DNA of 63,631 nucleotides, filler included, from Octopus bimaculoides (Eukaryota), in the NCBI RefSeq assembly GCF_001194135.2. It is 7 parts of 7 records of this genome, joined end to end, with 100 filler letters (N's around TTAATTAATTAA, not from the genome) between each part and the next. Parts side by side here need not be neighbours in the genome. Positions count along the whole stretch, not along the records: positions 31,195 to 43,258 come from NC_068988.1; positions 43,359 to 48,194 come from NC_069007.1; positions 48,295 to 56,874 come from NW_026379592.1; 4 more parts are not named here. One strand, given 5' to 3'. Position 1 is the first letter of the stretch. Each line of letters starts with the position of its first letter. The translations under genes were made by a program, and so were the position numbers. This document shows, piece by piece, positions 39,772-52,449 of the stretch. The notes beneath the pieces are model-generated. The model did no database searches. It had not been told where the DNA came from and saw only the letters and a list, made by a program, of their open reading frames with translations.

Positions 39772-42221
39772 TAAAGAAAGAAAGAAAGAAAGCAAGTGAG
39801 TGAAAGAGGAAAGTGTAGAGACGTACAATGAAGACTACAGTGCACAATATTCCCATTCATAGAATGATTTCTTAGGTGCAAAAGCACTAATGCATTCGCG
39901 ATAGAAAGAATCCTGTCTTTCAGAAATGTAATAATTGTATTTGGGAATGGAATTGGCATCAACCAAGATTGAAAAATATGCCGCACACTTAATGAAATCT
40001 CATTTCTTGCTGCAGGGCACAAGTTTCATATTGAAATATTGTAAAATATAATGCATACGTCCCCTGTACTTTATCTATGCTATGTATGTATGTATGGTTG
40101 TATGTATGTATGTATGTATGTATGTATGTATGTATGTATCTATCTATCTATCTGTCTGTTTGCTTATCTATCTGTCTCTACGTGTATGTAAAAGTTTGTG
40201 TATATGTGTGTGTATATATGTGTGTATAAATATATTCATATATATATATANNNNNNNNNNNNNNNNNNNNNNNNNNNNNNNNNNNNNNNNNNNNNNNNNN
40301 NNNNNNNNNNNNNNNNNNNNNNNNNNNNNNNNNNNNNNNNNNNNNNNNNNNNNNNNNNNNNNNNNNNNNNNNNNNNNNNNNNNNNNNNNNNNNNNNNNNN
40401 NNNNNNNNNNNNNNNNNNNNNNNNNNNNNNNNNNNNNNNNNNNNNNNNNNNNNNNNNNNNNNNNNNNNNNNNNNNNNNNNNNNNNNNNNNNNNNNNNNNN
40501 NNNNNNNNNNNNNNNNNNNNNNNNNNNNNNNNNNNNNNNNNNNNNNNNNNNNNNNNNNNNNNNNNNNNNNNNNNNNNNNNNNNNNNNCTCTCTCTCTCTC
40601 TCTCTCTCCCTCTCTCTCCGTGGATGGGTGTGTGTGTAAATGCATACAGATATCATGTTAAATTAGCAATCTCTACATCTACCTGCCATACAGCTTGTCT
40701 GAACTCTCTCTCTTTCTCTTTCCTCACTCTCTCAGTACACGCACACACACACACACACACATGTATGTATGTATGTGTGGATATATGTATGTGTGCATGT
40801 ATGTATTTCATTAGGCATTCTCCTCCATACCTCTTCCAGTCTTACTCATTCTCTGTGCTTCGTGTATGAAAACTTCCTTTAATTAAACCGACACGTGTCA
40901 ATCCCTCATGTATCAGCCCCGGCTTTATACAATTTCCACAACTTCTTCTCCGTCCATTAGATACCTCGTTTGCACGTGAGGGAACGACTAGGCTGTGAAG
41001 GTGTGTTTCGGGTGAGGGTACGACGAATAGGAAGCGATACCATAAAGAAGTAACACACACGCACACACACACACACACCAACACACACACACACTCACAT
41101 ATATATATATATACATATATATACATATAAACATATATATATATATACATATATATGTGTGAGTTTGTGTGTATATATAAGTANNNNNNNNNNNNNNNNN
41201 NNNNNNNNNNNNNNNNNNNNNNNNNNNNNNNNNNNNNNNNNNNNNNNNNNNNNNNNNNNNNNNNNNNNNNNNNNNNNNNNNNNNNNNNNNNNNNNNNNNN
41301 NNNNNNNNNNNNNNNNNNNNNNNNNNNNNNNNNNNNNNNNNNNNNNNNNNNNNNNNNNNNNNNNNNNNNNNNNNNNNNNNNNNNNNNNNNNNNNNNNNNN
41401 NNNNNNNNNNNNNNNNNNNNNNNNNNNNNNNNNNNNNNNNNNNNNNNNNNNNNNNNNNNNNNNNNNNNNNNNNNNNNNNNNNNNNNNNNNNNNNNNNNNN
41501 NNNNNNNNNNNNNNNNNNNNNNNNNNNNNNNNNNNNNNNNNNNNNNNNNNNNNNNNNNNNNNNNNNNNNNNNNNNNNNNNNNNNNNNNNNNNNNNNNNNN
41601 NNNNNNNNNNNNNNNNNNNNNNNNNNNNNNNNNNNNNNNNNNNNNNNNNNNNNNNNNNNNNNNNNNNNNNNNNNNNNNNNNNNNNNNNNNNNNNNNNNNN
41701 NNNNNNNNNNNNNNNNNNNNNNNNNNNNNNNNNNNNNNNNNNNNNNNNNNNNATATATATATATATATATATACGTATGAGTGTGTGTATGTGTTCATGT
41801 ATGTATGTGTTGTGTGTGTGCGTGCGTGTGTGTATATACACATACAGACATTTACATATATGCATATATATATTTGGATGTGTGTGTGTGTGTGTGTGTA
41901 CACTCAGAGACACGAAAACATACATTAATAAAAAGAAATTTCACCAATGACTTAGAAGCGCCTCGAATGTGCTATTTAATAATTATAAGGTAATTTGATA
42001 AATATATAACGACGCCGTGCGAAACATGTATCAAATAATTTATTCTACTCGCTCTTTGCAAAATAACTTAATTATTTGACAAGAAACCTGATATTTCGGC
42101 ACAGATATCATAATGGTAGTTACAGTAAAATCACTGGCCTTCAGAGTAGCTTGCAATGTTTGATCTTTCGTTCAAGACTGTCTCATCGCTTGCGTGTAAC
42201 GCGCTCCGGGAAATACGTATA

Positions 42222-42722
42222 CGTGGTCTGATCAATAAGTATTCCGACTGTTGCCATTGTAACAAAGCTAAAACACTCAAAGTGAAGCCGCTTGGCACAT
42301 ATTGACCTGGAACGCTGCTGTGCATGTGCACTAAGTTTTAGCGTTCTAGCTAATTTCCACCGTTTACAGCAGTGCTTGGAAGGAAGGTGTGTAGCGTGTG
42401 ATCGTCGCATTGAGCATGACAGAAGTGAAGCAGAAAATCTGCATCAAATTTTGCCAAAAGCTTGCTGATACCTGCTTAGAGGCTGACGCAAAGTTTTCAA
42501 AAAGATCTCACCGTTCTCGAAACAATCAAAATTTTTGTACCACTGAAACCCGAGTGCCTTTTTGGTCAACTGAAAGCAGTTTTGGTACAGACTTGGAAGA
42601 TACGCGTTTCATACCCAAATCTTCAGTGATAACGGACTGAACTGAACCGTAACTAATCTGCACATCCTCTGATAACTCACGGATGGGGATTCGGTGATTT
42701 CCCCTCACAGCTGGTTGTTTCA
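42222..42722. mobile_element. Mariner 5' relic with an internal inversion
   Basis: TA followed by a CGTGGTCTGATCAATAAGT TIR-like start. Plus strand reads MTEVKQKICIKFCQKL (42416 onward). Minus strand 42490-42720 reads NHRIPIRELSEDVQISYGSVQSVITEDLGMKRVSSKSVPKLLSVDQKGTRV (second HTH and the VPK.L linker). Confidence 0.82.
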
Positions 42723-42949
42723 GTATATGCATATGAATGTTTGTGTTTTGTACAAGACTTTTGGTTCTCGCTGTGTATCAATATACATTGGTCTACATGT
42801 TTCTTTCTGTTTATGTTTGATTATATATCCCAGCGTTCACTATTTTCCACTCGTTCTGGTCTAACGACTATCCATGTTTGTTTTCATTCGGTTACCTTGT
42901 ATATCTCCACTGTGCTGTGTTTGTTCCCAACTTTGACCCCTCTATAAAT

Positions 42950-43100
42950 CCAAAATTTTATTTTAGAATTTATGGAAGCAACTGTCTTTGAAGACTCATA
43001 TTGTTGGTGAATGTTCGAAAGTAGGAGTAGAAAGACAGCTGACAACTGATGAAGGGGCCTTTCTCTGTGTTTATTTGTCCTGTTTTCCATCTTTTCTCTC
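42950..43100 (+). repeat. Possible Penelope-type pseudo-LTR remnant
   Basis: CTGTCTT-TGAAGA...CGAAA...GTA-GAAAGACAG followed by CTGATGAAGG; a degenerate hammerhead-like layout. Confidence 0.3.
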
Positions 43101-43193
43101 GTCGTTTACGTATTTAAAGCGTCTGTTTACGTATTTCATGTCGTTTGCACAGTTGGTGACGTCCTGTACCCATATATGCATACAAAAGTGTGC

Positions 43194-43258
<65 letters not shown>

Positions 43259-43358
43259 NNNNNNNNNNNNNNNNNNNNNNNNNNNNNNNNNNNNNNNNNN
43301 NNTTAATTAATTAANNNNNNNNNNNNNNNNNNNNNNNNNNNNNNNNNNNNNNNNNNNN
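43259..43358. other. Artificial 100-bp assembly spacer
   Basis: 44 N + TTAATTAATTAA (43303-43314) + 44 N. Confidence 0.95.
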
Positions 43359-43750
43359 TGTGTGTGCCTCTGTGTGTGTGTGTGTGTGTGCCTCTGTGTG
43401 TGTGTGTGTGTGTGCCTCTGTGTGTGTGTGTGTGTGTTTATGCCCCAAGCGCACATCGTTATTACAAGTTGTTTTCGCTCAGAAATAAATCATGTTTACT
43501 AACGTAGTAATTTATCTCCGTCACTTTGCTAATCTATCGGTTTGAATAATGTATTTCAGAATATACTCCATTATTCCATAAGCATAATATATATCACTTA
43601 GAGATTTCCATAAATTTCAGATCTTTTAATATCAGGTTTAAAAATCTCCCCTTTCCTGTTCTGTTGTTCGTATGGTTTTTTTGGGTTTTTTTTTTTTTAA
43701 ATTTTATTTATTCCAAGTTTATTTTCGGTTTTGGAAAATAAATAGATATA

Positions 43751-43915
43751 GGCGTAGGAGTGGTTGTGTGGTAAGGAGCTTGCTTACCAACCACATGTCT
43801 CCGGGTTCAGTCCCACTGCCTGGCACCTTGGGCAAGTGTTTTCTACTGTATCCTCGGGCCGACCAAAGCCTTGTGAGTGGATTTGGTAGACGGAAACTGA
43901 AAGAAGACCGTCGTT

Positions 43916-43974
<59 letters not shown>

Positions 43975-44108
43975 CTGCTTGTCCCCCCAACGTCATTTCA
44001 CAACCAATGCTGGTGTTTTTACGTACCCCGTAACTTAAGAGTTCGGCAAAAGAGACCGATCGAACAAGATAAGCACTAGGCTTACAAAGAATAAGTCCTG
44101 GAGTCGAC
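43751..44108 (+). mobile_element. SINE family A, nearly complete
   Basis: GGCGTAGGAGTGGTTGTGTGGTAAG head, GGTTCAGTCCC B box, internal (TA)(TG) tract, and 3' body to AAGAATAAGTCCTGG. Confidence 0.9.
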
Positions 44109-44210
44109 TGACTCAAGGAACGAGGATTTAGTGCGTTGGCACTTATCAAACCATATGTATTTTTCCGGTTTGCATCAACATAGCTATAGATTGATAGGTA
44201 GATAGATAGC

Positions 44211-44281
<71 letters not shown>

Positions 44282-45124
44282 GCTGATTTGCTTATTTATT
44301 GATTCATTGATATTCCGATAGTTGGATACCATCGATCTTGAAGCATAAAGCACCTCACTCGATCATCCGACAACGAATGGATCGAAAGGTTGTAAATAAT
44401 CTTGGCAAATATTTTCTTGCTAAGTTCAATATGAATTAAGCCGCCATATTGTTATCTCCATTTTCCAGTGGTTTGAAAAGTGTATCGTAATTAAACGTGT
44501 GTGAAATTATCTGTCGGGATGTGAGACTTGTGTGGCTTTTCCCTTCAATCATTCTTCTGTTCTTGTATTTCGTTTTTCTCTGTAGAGAAGCCAGGTTTTA
44601 TAACTTGCCTGTCAATAGGAGAAAGCAATGTAGTTGGCGTACGCCAATCTGAAACTTCCTCTGTTTAACGTCTCCATATAACGCATAAGGACTTAAATTA
44701 AAATTATGGTATTTCCTTGCTTGACACAAGGTCTTAATCATCATATTCTTGCCAAATTTTACAATTGCGATCTACAGTTCTCGCTTTGCTATAAACATAT
44801 GACACGTTATTATCTTGTAACGAAAGCGTGACCGAAACAATACATGCTTGACAGAATTGAGTTGTACATATATCCAGACAGAGCATGGAAGATATTGCTT
44901 CAGTAGTTTTCTGCAGATATTTTGGATGTGCACAGTTCTTTGCCATAGATACTAAAAAAATTAATGACGGACACTATTACGACCAGAGATAAAATGTGTT
45001 TGTTGTCCCAAATTTTAAGAGAATCAGAAATGAGCCAACTTCTTTTTTGCAGATGGAGCAAATATCACAGTTCTATCACCAAAATGATACTGTTAAAATA
45101 CGTAGCAATCTCTTTCTGTATATA

Positions 45125-45342
45125 CAGTGTGGCCCAAATGTAGGCTTACAGTTATCACGTAGGCACTTTAAATTTCTTTTAAAGCATTTTATTACATTTA
45201 AATTTCTCTCTTATAATTAACTGAATTAGCACGGAATAATGATTTCATTGTGTTCTTCTTTTATAATCAAGATTTAAACTGTTAATATATGAATGCAAAA
45301 GAGATAGTTGGATAACTGTAAACCTGCTTTTAGGCCACCCTG
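45125..45342. mobile_element. 218-bp Tc1/mariner-type MITE
   Basis: Imperfect 32-bp TIRs (CAGTGTGGCCCAAATGTAGGCTTACAGTTATC and GATAACTGTAAACCTGCTTTTAGGCCACCCTG) flanked by TA on both sides. Confidence 0.8.
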
Positions 45343-45655
45343 TATATATATATCTTTCTTCTGGTCATTTCATCATCTTCAACTGTTAATCACAACACAT
45401 TTTTTTTCTTTCCCTCCATTGTTATTATCAATATTATCATTATATCTTGATATTCACTGAAGATATTGTCTTCCNNNNNNNNNNNNNNNNNNNNNNNNNN
45501 NNNNNNNNNNNNNNNNNNNNNNNNNNNNNNNNNNNNNNNNNNNNNNNNNNNNNNNNNNNNNNNNNNNNNNNNNNNNNNNNNNNNNNNNNNNNNNNNNNNN
45601 NNNNNNNNNNNNNNNNNNNNNNNNNNNNNNNNNNNNNNNNNNNNNNNNNNNNNNA

Positions 45656-45776
45656 TGTAAAAATATGTGACACTTATTCGGTAGCCATGATAAAACTCCG
45701 AGTTTCGGATGCCGGGGTGGGAACCCACGCCAACATCTCTTCATGGCTACCGAATAAAGTGTCACATATTTTTACA
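45656..45776. repeat. Small foldback element with 35/36-bp near-perfect inverted arms
   Basis: 45656-45690 is the reverse complement of 45741-45776 apart from one extra A; the left side abuts a gap. Confidence 0.85.
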
Positions 45777-46101
45777 GATAAATTCCTCTATTTACACAAT
45801 ATCGAGGTCTCTTCCTTTCTTTTGTTGTCCTTTCTATCAATATATATATATATATATATATATATATCTTTCTTCTGGTCATTTCATCATCTTCAACTGT
45901 TAATCACAACACATTTTTTTTCTTTCCCTCCATTGTTATTATCAATATTATCATTATATCTTGATATTCACTGAAGATATTGTCTTCCGGGGGTTTGTAC
46001 TGTCAGTCAACTCACAAGGACTTCACACAGAACAGTACTTTATGCAATATGCATGCAGTTCAAAGTAAAGACGATTTATTATTATTATCATCATTATTAT
46101 T

Positions 46102-46430
46102 ATTTTTATAACGTGCTTTCACTTCACTACCGAGCGCAGCTCTGTGTGCCTTGGGTACGTGCTGTGGTTTGCTGTGGTGCTCTTATGTTTACTGTATTGA
46201 AAGTGTTTTGCGTAGGATGTGTGCAGTGCCCAGTAGTGCAATTTTCTGAATGTTATATATATTTGTAAGTCCTGGTGTTTTTGTTATGTATTTGTCTGAA
46301 TATTTTTTTATTATACCTAAGGCACCTACTATGATAGGAATTGTTTCTGTTTTTAGATTCCACATTCGAGTTACCTCTATTTCCAGGTCTTTGTATTTTG
46401 AAAGTTTTTCCATTTCTTTTAGAGAGACGT
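46102..46430 (-). mobile_element. 5'-truncated Dong/R4 element inside an (ATT)n tract
   Basis: EKLSKYKDLEIEVTRMWNLKTETIPIIVGALGIIKKYSDKYITKTPGLTNIYNIQKIALLGTAHILRKTLSIQ* plus 3' UTR; (ATT)n on both sides; nearly identical to 58080-58430. Confidence 0.9.
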
Positions 46431-46795
<365 letters not shown>

Positions 46796-46818
46796 TATTG
46801 TCATTATCATCATCATCA

Positions 46819-46864
<46 letters not shown>

Positions 46865-47449
46865 TATCATAGATCTGGTACAGGATGACGCATAGTTTTA
46901 TTAGCTTCTGTCTTATGTGTAATACAACAACGGCAGCAACGATTCCATGCTGTAAAACTTCAAAGAATGCGTGATGGAAAATTGCCTATTTTTAAATTAT
47001 AAGATTGGAAATCTCAGCAGAGAACGTAATTAAATGTGAGTTCGTTATTCCCCACGAACCTTGTGGCTAACACACCAGCGGTGAACTACTTCGTTCAGCC
47101 TCTGAATATTAGATTAAACAATTTAATTTCATTACAAATATCAGACGTGTGTTTCAGAACAGCCTCTCTGATCTGTGTAGGATATGAGAATAGAAAAATA
47201 AATGAGGAGAAGGTTTTTTAGAGTCAACGTTTTAGTCGTCACGACAATGCATGTAATTGTTTGGTAACTAAAAACAAGAAAACAAAGAAAAAGAAAATGC
47301 TTCGTCATATGCTTGAAGTATGTTTCTGTTGAGGTAAATTGCATAAAGAGGTTTCCCGCATTTCAACGCACTTTCATTTAATACCACATCAAAATTATGA
47401 TGGCGCTGATCAAAAGCCAAGAGCAAAAACAGGAAAAATTACTATGAGG

Positions 47450-47499
<50 letters not shown>

Positions 47500-48012
47500 C
47501 ATTATTATGTTTATTATGTTTATTATTATTTGACTTCTTCAGATTTCACTTGAAAAGGAAATTGAGAGTGGAGAGGAAAGTGCTGTCCTCCTCAAGTGAG
47601 TTCACTAAAAGGTGGGTGAAGGTTGCGAAAACGGCAAGAGTGGATGGTACCTCTCTTAGTCGGAGAGAAGGAATTGAAGAGGGCACTTTCTCCTCAAATT
47701 TCAGGGAAATCTCGGACCAGTAGGGTTCCTCGATTATCCCTAGAGGCGTTCCTGTACCAGGATGGCCACATCTCTATCATCCTCCCCGCCGCTTTTTTAA
47801 AAACCTTTGTATGCCTTGCATATGTCCCCTTTTTTTTTCAATGTATACCCTATATACTTACTTTCTTTTCTTTTTTTATCATTTCCTTTTAGGTAAACCC
47901 CTATGATTTACGTCTGTCATTCTTTTGTCCCCTTCATCCTTCGCATTGTTATTACCATTCATATACACTCAACAGAGTAGACTATTGTAAAAGAAAAGAA
48001 TCCTAACATCAG

Positions 48013-48170
48013 AGTGGGTGTGTGGTAAGTAGCTTGCTTACCAACCACATGGTTCCGGGTTCAGTCCCACTGCGTGGCACCTTGGGCAAGTGTCTTCTAC
48101 TATAGCCTCGGGCCGACCAAAGCCTTGTGAGTGGATTTGGTAGACGGAAACTGAAAGAAGCCCGTCGTAT
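48013..48170 (+). mobile_element. SINE family A 5' half, close to consensus
   Basis: All CpGs retained; ends in (TA)n at the segment edge. Confidence 0.92.
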
Positions 48171-48194
48171 ATATATATATATATATATATATAT

Positions 48195-48294
48195 NNNNNN
48201 NNNNNNNNNNNNNNNNNNNNNNNNNNNNNNNNNNNNNNTTAATTAATTAANNNNNNNNNNNNNNNNNNNNNNNNNNNNNNNNNNNNNNNNNNNN
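48195..48294. other. Artificial 100-bp assembly spacer
   Basis: 44 N + TTAATTAATTAA (48239-48250) + 44 N. Confidence 0.95.
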
Positions 48295-48335
<41 letters not shown>

Positions 48336-48715
48336 CAGACAGCAGACAGACAGACACATATATATATAATGTTACGAAGGCTCACATGATGTTGTATACG
48401 TGTTTTTAATGACATCGAAATATGCTATTTTCATCTTTTTTTTTATCATCAGAACCTTGCACAATGTATTTATGAAAATCAATAGAAAACACAGAATGCA
48501 GAGATGGCAAGTTTAAACGTATGTCTGGAATATAGGAATTCACGTCTAGTCATAAACAAACTTATCATATTTTATGAATTGTGTAATGGCAGTATGCTTG
48601 TTTGCATTTGGCTTGTTCTGTTGACCATCGATTGAACAAAAGACAGACATCAGTGTTTGGAATCACGCGACCTTTGTGTCTGTCAGGAAATCAAAAAGAT
48701 GTAATAGACAGTCGT

Positions 48716-48755
48716 AGTCGCCTGAAGAACGTGACACGGGAAATTCGTAGCGACT
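48716..48755 (+). ncRNA. Minimal type-I hammerhead-ribozyme-like motif
   Basis: AGTCGC-CTGAAGA-A CGT GAC ACG G-GAAA-TTCG-TA-GCGACT: perfect 6-bp stem I, exact CUGANGA and GAAA core, GUA triplet, and AATAAA at 48767-48772. Confidence 0.6.
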
Positions 48756-49016
48756 TGGAACAAACTAATAAATTCTTGTCCATGTTTGAAGTAATCGATC
48801 CGTTGTCTGTCTTTTATTTACTTATTATTTTTTTTCTTTATTGTGCTGTTGCTTTGTTGTATGTATTTGTCTTTTTTGTTTTGTTTTGTAATCAAGCATA
48901 TATATGCAAATAACTCTTTCCGTAAGCTCACACATATAGACATTGAAAAACATGCATGTATATGTGTGTATATATCTAAATACACATAAATGTATATGAA
49001 TATCTATGTATATGTA

Positions 49017-49049
<33 letters not shown>

Positions 49050-49630
49050 CATATATGCATATCTAGGTATGTGCGTATGTGTGTATTGTTTGTGTGTATT
49101 GCATATGAAACAAATCCCCAATAGTTGCGTATAAATTTATGTATATACATACGTATATATGCACCATATATATACACGTATGCATGTATACGTATCTGTG
49201 TGTGAATATATATATATGTATGTATGTACACGAACACAGAAACACGTATCTACATATACATAACCCCAACAATTAATATAAATATATATATATATATATA
49301 TATANNNNNNNNNNNNNNNNNNNNNNNNNNNNNNNNNNNNNNNNNNNNNNNNNNNNNNNNNNNNNNNNNNNNNNNNNNNNNNNNNNNNNNNNNNNNNNNN
49401 NNNNNNNNNNNNNNNNNNNNNNNNNNNNNNNNNNNNNNNNNNNNNNNNNNNNNNNNNNNNNNNNNNNNNNNNNNNNNNNNNNNNNNNNNNNNNNNNNNNN
49501 NNNNNNNNNNNNNNNNNNNNNNNNNNNNNNNNNNNNNNNNNNNNNACGTATATATATGTATATATATAATATATATATATATGTATGTATATGCATACGT
49601 ATATATATGTATATATATATATATATATGA

Positions 49631-49699
<69 letters not shown>

Positions 49700-50592
49700 A
49701 TTTCCGTTTCTGCTATGTTTATATTATATTTTCATCTTGTTCATTGATATCTTCCTCTTTCATAATTTTATTTGTTTATTTTTTTTTATTGTTTTCATGT
49801 TTGTTTATATTTTTCTATTTTTGTTGTTGCTTTCTTTTTGTTCCAGAAATCTATCGATCGATTTCTTATTTCATTTATTATTTGTTTTTTCTTTTCTTTA
49901 TTAACCTAATTTCTTTCCTTTTTCCTTCTCCTTTTCCTTTAACTTGATTGTTGTTCATTTTTGTTTTTTTTTTGTTTTATTTTTGTTTTTGGAGGGCTTT
50001 TTGGGAGGTTTTGTTCTTGTTTTTGTATTGAGTAAAAAAGACCAGAAATTCCATGAAGACATAATATCAAAAATCAAAGACGAAGAATTGGGTTAGTTCC
50101 GTTAAAGGAATTTTCTTGGAATTTCTCTATTCCCACCCATGAATATTTTTCTTTCCTTCTTGTTGTTCTCAAGGTTTCCCTTCCACCGTGCCTCCCCACC
50201 TCATAATATCCAGCATATTTATTCATATATCTATTACTTCCTTCTGTATCTTCCCTTCGCTTTATTACAGTCATTCATTGTATTACCTTTTTCAATCGAT
50301 TCGTTCCTTCCCTTTTTTCGGAATTCTTTTTCTTTTCTTCATTTCTTTTTTCACAATTTCTTTCTCAATCACTCTCCTCTATCTATCTATCTCTCTCTCT
50401 CTCTCTCACCTTTTCTGTTGTATTCTCTCTTTTTCTTTCATTCTCTTTCTTCATTTTGCTTTTTATTACTTCACGCTTTGTCCTAATCGTTATTCTATGA
50501 CTCCATCATACATTTCCAGCAATTCGCTCTTTCATAAGTTCTTTCTCTCACATTCTCACATTCTCTCTTTCCTCACTCTCTCCCTCTCCCCT

Positions 50593-50634
<42 letters not shown>

Positions 50635-51228
50635 TATTCTCCATCATTTTGCTTATTTTTTTCATATTTGTCCTATTCTGATTCTGTTTTCCTATAATAC
50701 ATTTTCATCATCTCAATCTTTCTTTCATAAGTCCTCTCTCTCTTCCCCCCTTTCTCTCTTTCCCCCTCTCTCTCTCTTTCTCAATCCGCTTTCTCTTCTC
50801 TCTCTTCCCCCCTTTCTCCCTCTCTCTCTCTTTCTCCTCTCGCTCTCAATCCGCTTTCTCTTCTCTCTCTTCCTCCCCACCACGGTCTCTCTTTATTATT
50901 TTTATTTTCGCACTTTCTTATTTTCCCTCTTTTTTATGCCATTATATTTTACCATTATTTTTTCGCTAGCACTATCACTCTTTTCCATAACCATTTTTAT
51001 AATATACTCTTCAATTTTTTACAGAACTTTTTCTTTCCTCTTTTCTTTCATTCATTCCTATTTTATCTTGCCCTTCCTTTCTTCCTTGATTTCATTCAGT
51101 ACCCCCTTTCTTCTTACTTCGTTCTTTGCTTCTTACTTTGGCCAGATAATTCAATCAGATCATTTAAAAGAACATAGTTATGACGGCGATCAATCGAATA
51201 TTTTCTTCTTCTTCTCCTTCTTCTCGTT

Positions 51229-51260
<32 letters not shown>

Positions 51261-51294
51261 TATTATTATTATTATTATCATTATTACTATTCTG

Positions 51295-51419
51295 AGGAGG
51301 TCGACTTTGCCTTTCATCTTTTGTGTTCGGTAAGATAAGTACCAGTTGAGTACTGGGGTACATGTAATCGACTAGTTCCCTTCTCAAGAATTTCAGACTT
51401 TGTGCCTATAGTAGAAAGG

Positions 51420-51420
<1 letters not shown>
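51295..51420 (+). mobile_element. SINE family B 3' half with (ATT)n tail
   Basis: GAGGTCGACTTTGCCTTTCATC...CTTGTGCCTATAGTAGAAAGGATTATT. Confidence 0.85.
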
Positions 51421-51481
<61 letters not shown>

Positions 51482-51491
51482 NNNNNNNNNN

Positions 51492-51538
<47 letters not shown>

Positions 51539-51548
51539 TCATCATTCT

Positions 51549-51752
51549 TGTGAGCTGGCAGAATCGTTAGAACGCTGGACGAGATGCTTACCGTTTTGTA
51601 GCCTGTCGCTACGATCTGAGTTCAAATTCCGCCGAAGTCGACTTTGCCTTTCATCATTTCAGGGTCGATAAATTCAGCAACAGTGAAACACTAGGTTCGA
51701 TAAAATCGACTAAACTCCATAATTTCAGGCCCTGTGCCTATAATAGAGAGGA
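51549..51752 (+). mobile_element. Full-length SINE family B
   Basis: TGAGCTGGCAGAATCGTTAG...GAGTTCAAATTCCGCC...CTGTGCCTATAATAG. Confidence 0.88.
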
Positions 51753-52449
51753 TTGTTATTATTATTATTATTGTTGTTGTTGTTGTTGCTGTTGTAATTA
51801 TCATCATCATCATCATCATCACCACCATTATCATCATCGTCATCGTCGTCGTCGTCATCATTATCATCATCCTCATCTCTGCCATCACAACTACCATTTC
51901 CTTCCCGTTCATTTTATTATCTTTATGTTTTTTTATTCTTCTCTCCTTTTCCTCACAACATCCCGAAGAGCAGACGAATATATTATACCATTCTACATGA
52001 TAGTCAGGAAATAAATACGGATCACAATGAAACAAAATCTTGAAAATATGAAGAACTCCTGATTTTATATATTTTTTTATTAATGATATATTTATTATTT
52101 ATCTTTTATGAATTATATATTTTTATATAAATTATATGTTTATATTTATATTTATGAATTACATGTTTTTGTTTATCTTTTTATTTGGCTCTTTTGTATG
52201 AATTTCCGGTAACCTTATGTTGTTTTATTATATATTCCGCTTATTTTAAATTTTGTCTGTTGAGCGGTTGCATCGTAGAATCGTTGGAGCGTTGAACAAA
52301 GTGCGATGAGGTATGTTTTCCGGTTCTTTACGCTCTAATTTCAAATATCACCATGATCAAATTTGAATTTTATTTGTCCTGTGTTGAAACATTAAAATAT
52401 TAGCCAAGTACTGGACTCGAATAAATATAATATACTAATTTCTCACATC

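Noticed and set aside
40082-41950. ORFs up to 353 aa spanning N runs
   Set aside because: Their length comes from undetermined bases.
50130-51200. 1-kb pyrimidine-rich strand-biased region with a twice-repeated TCTCAATCCGCTTTCTCTTCTCTCTCTTCC
   Set aside because: Low-complexity CT-rich sequence typical of this genome; no further structure.
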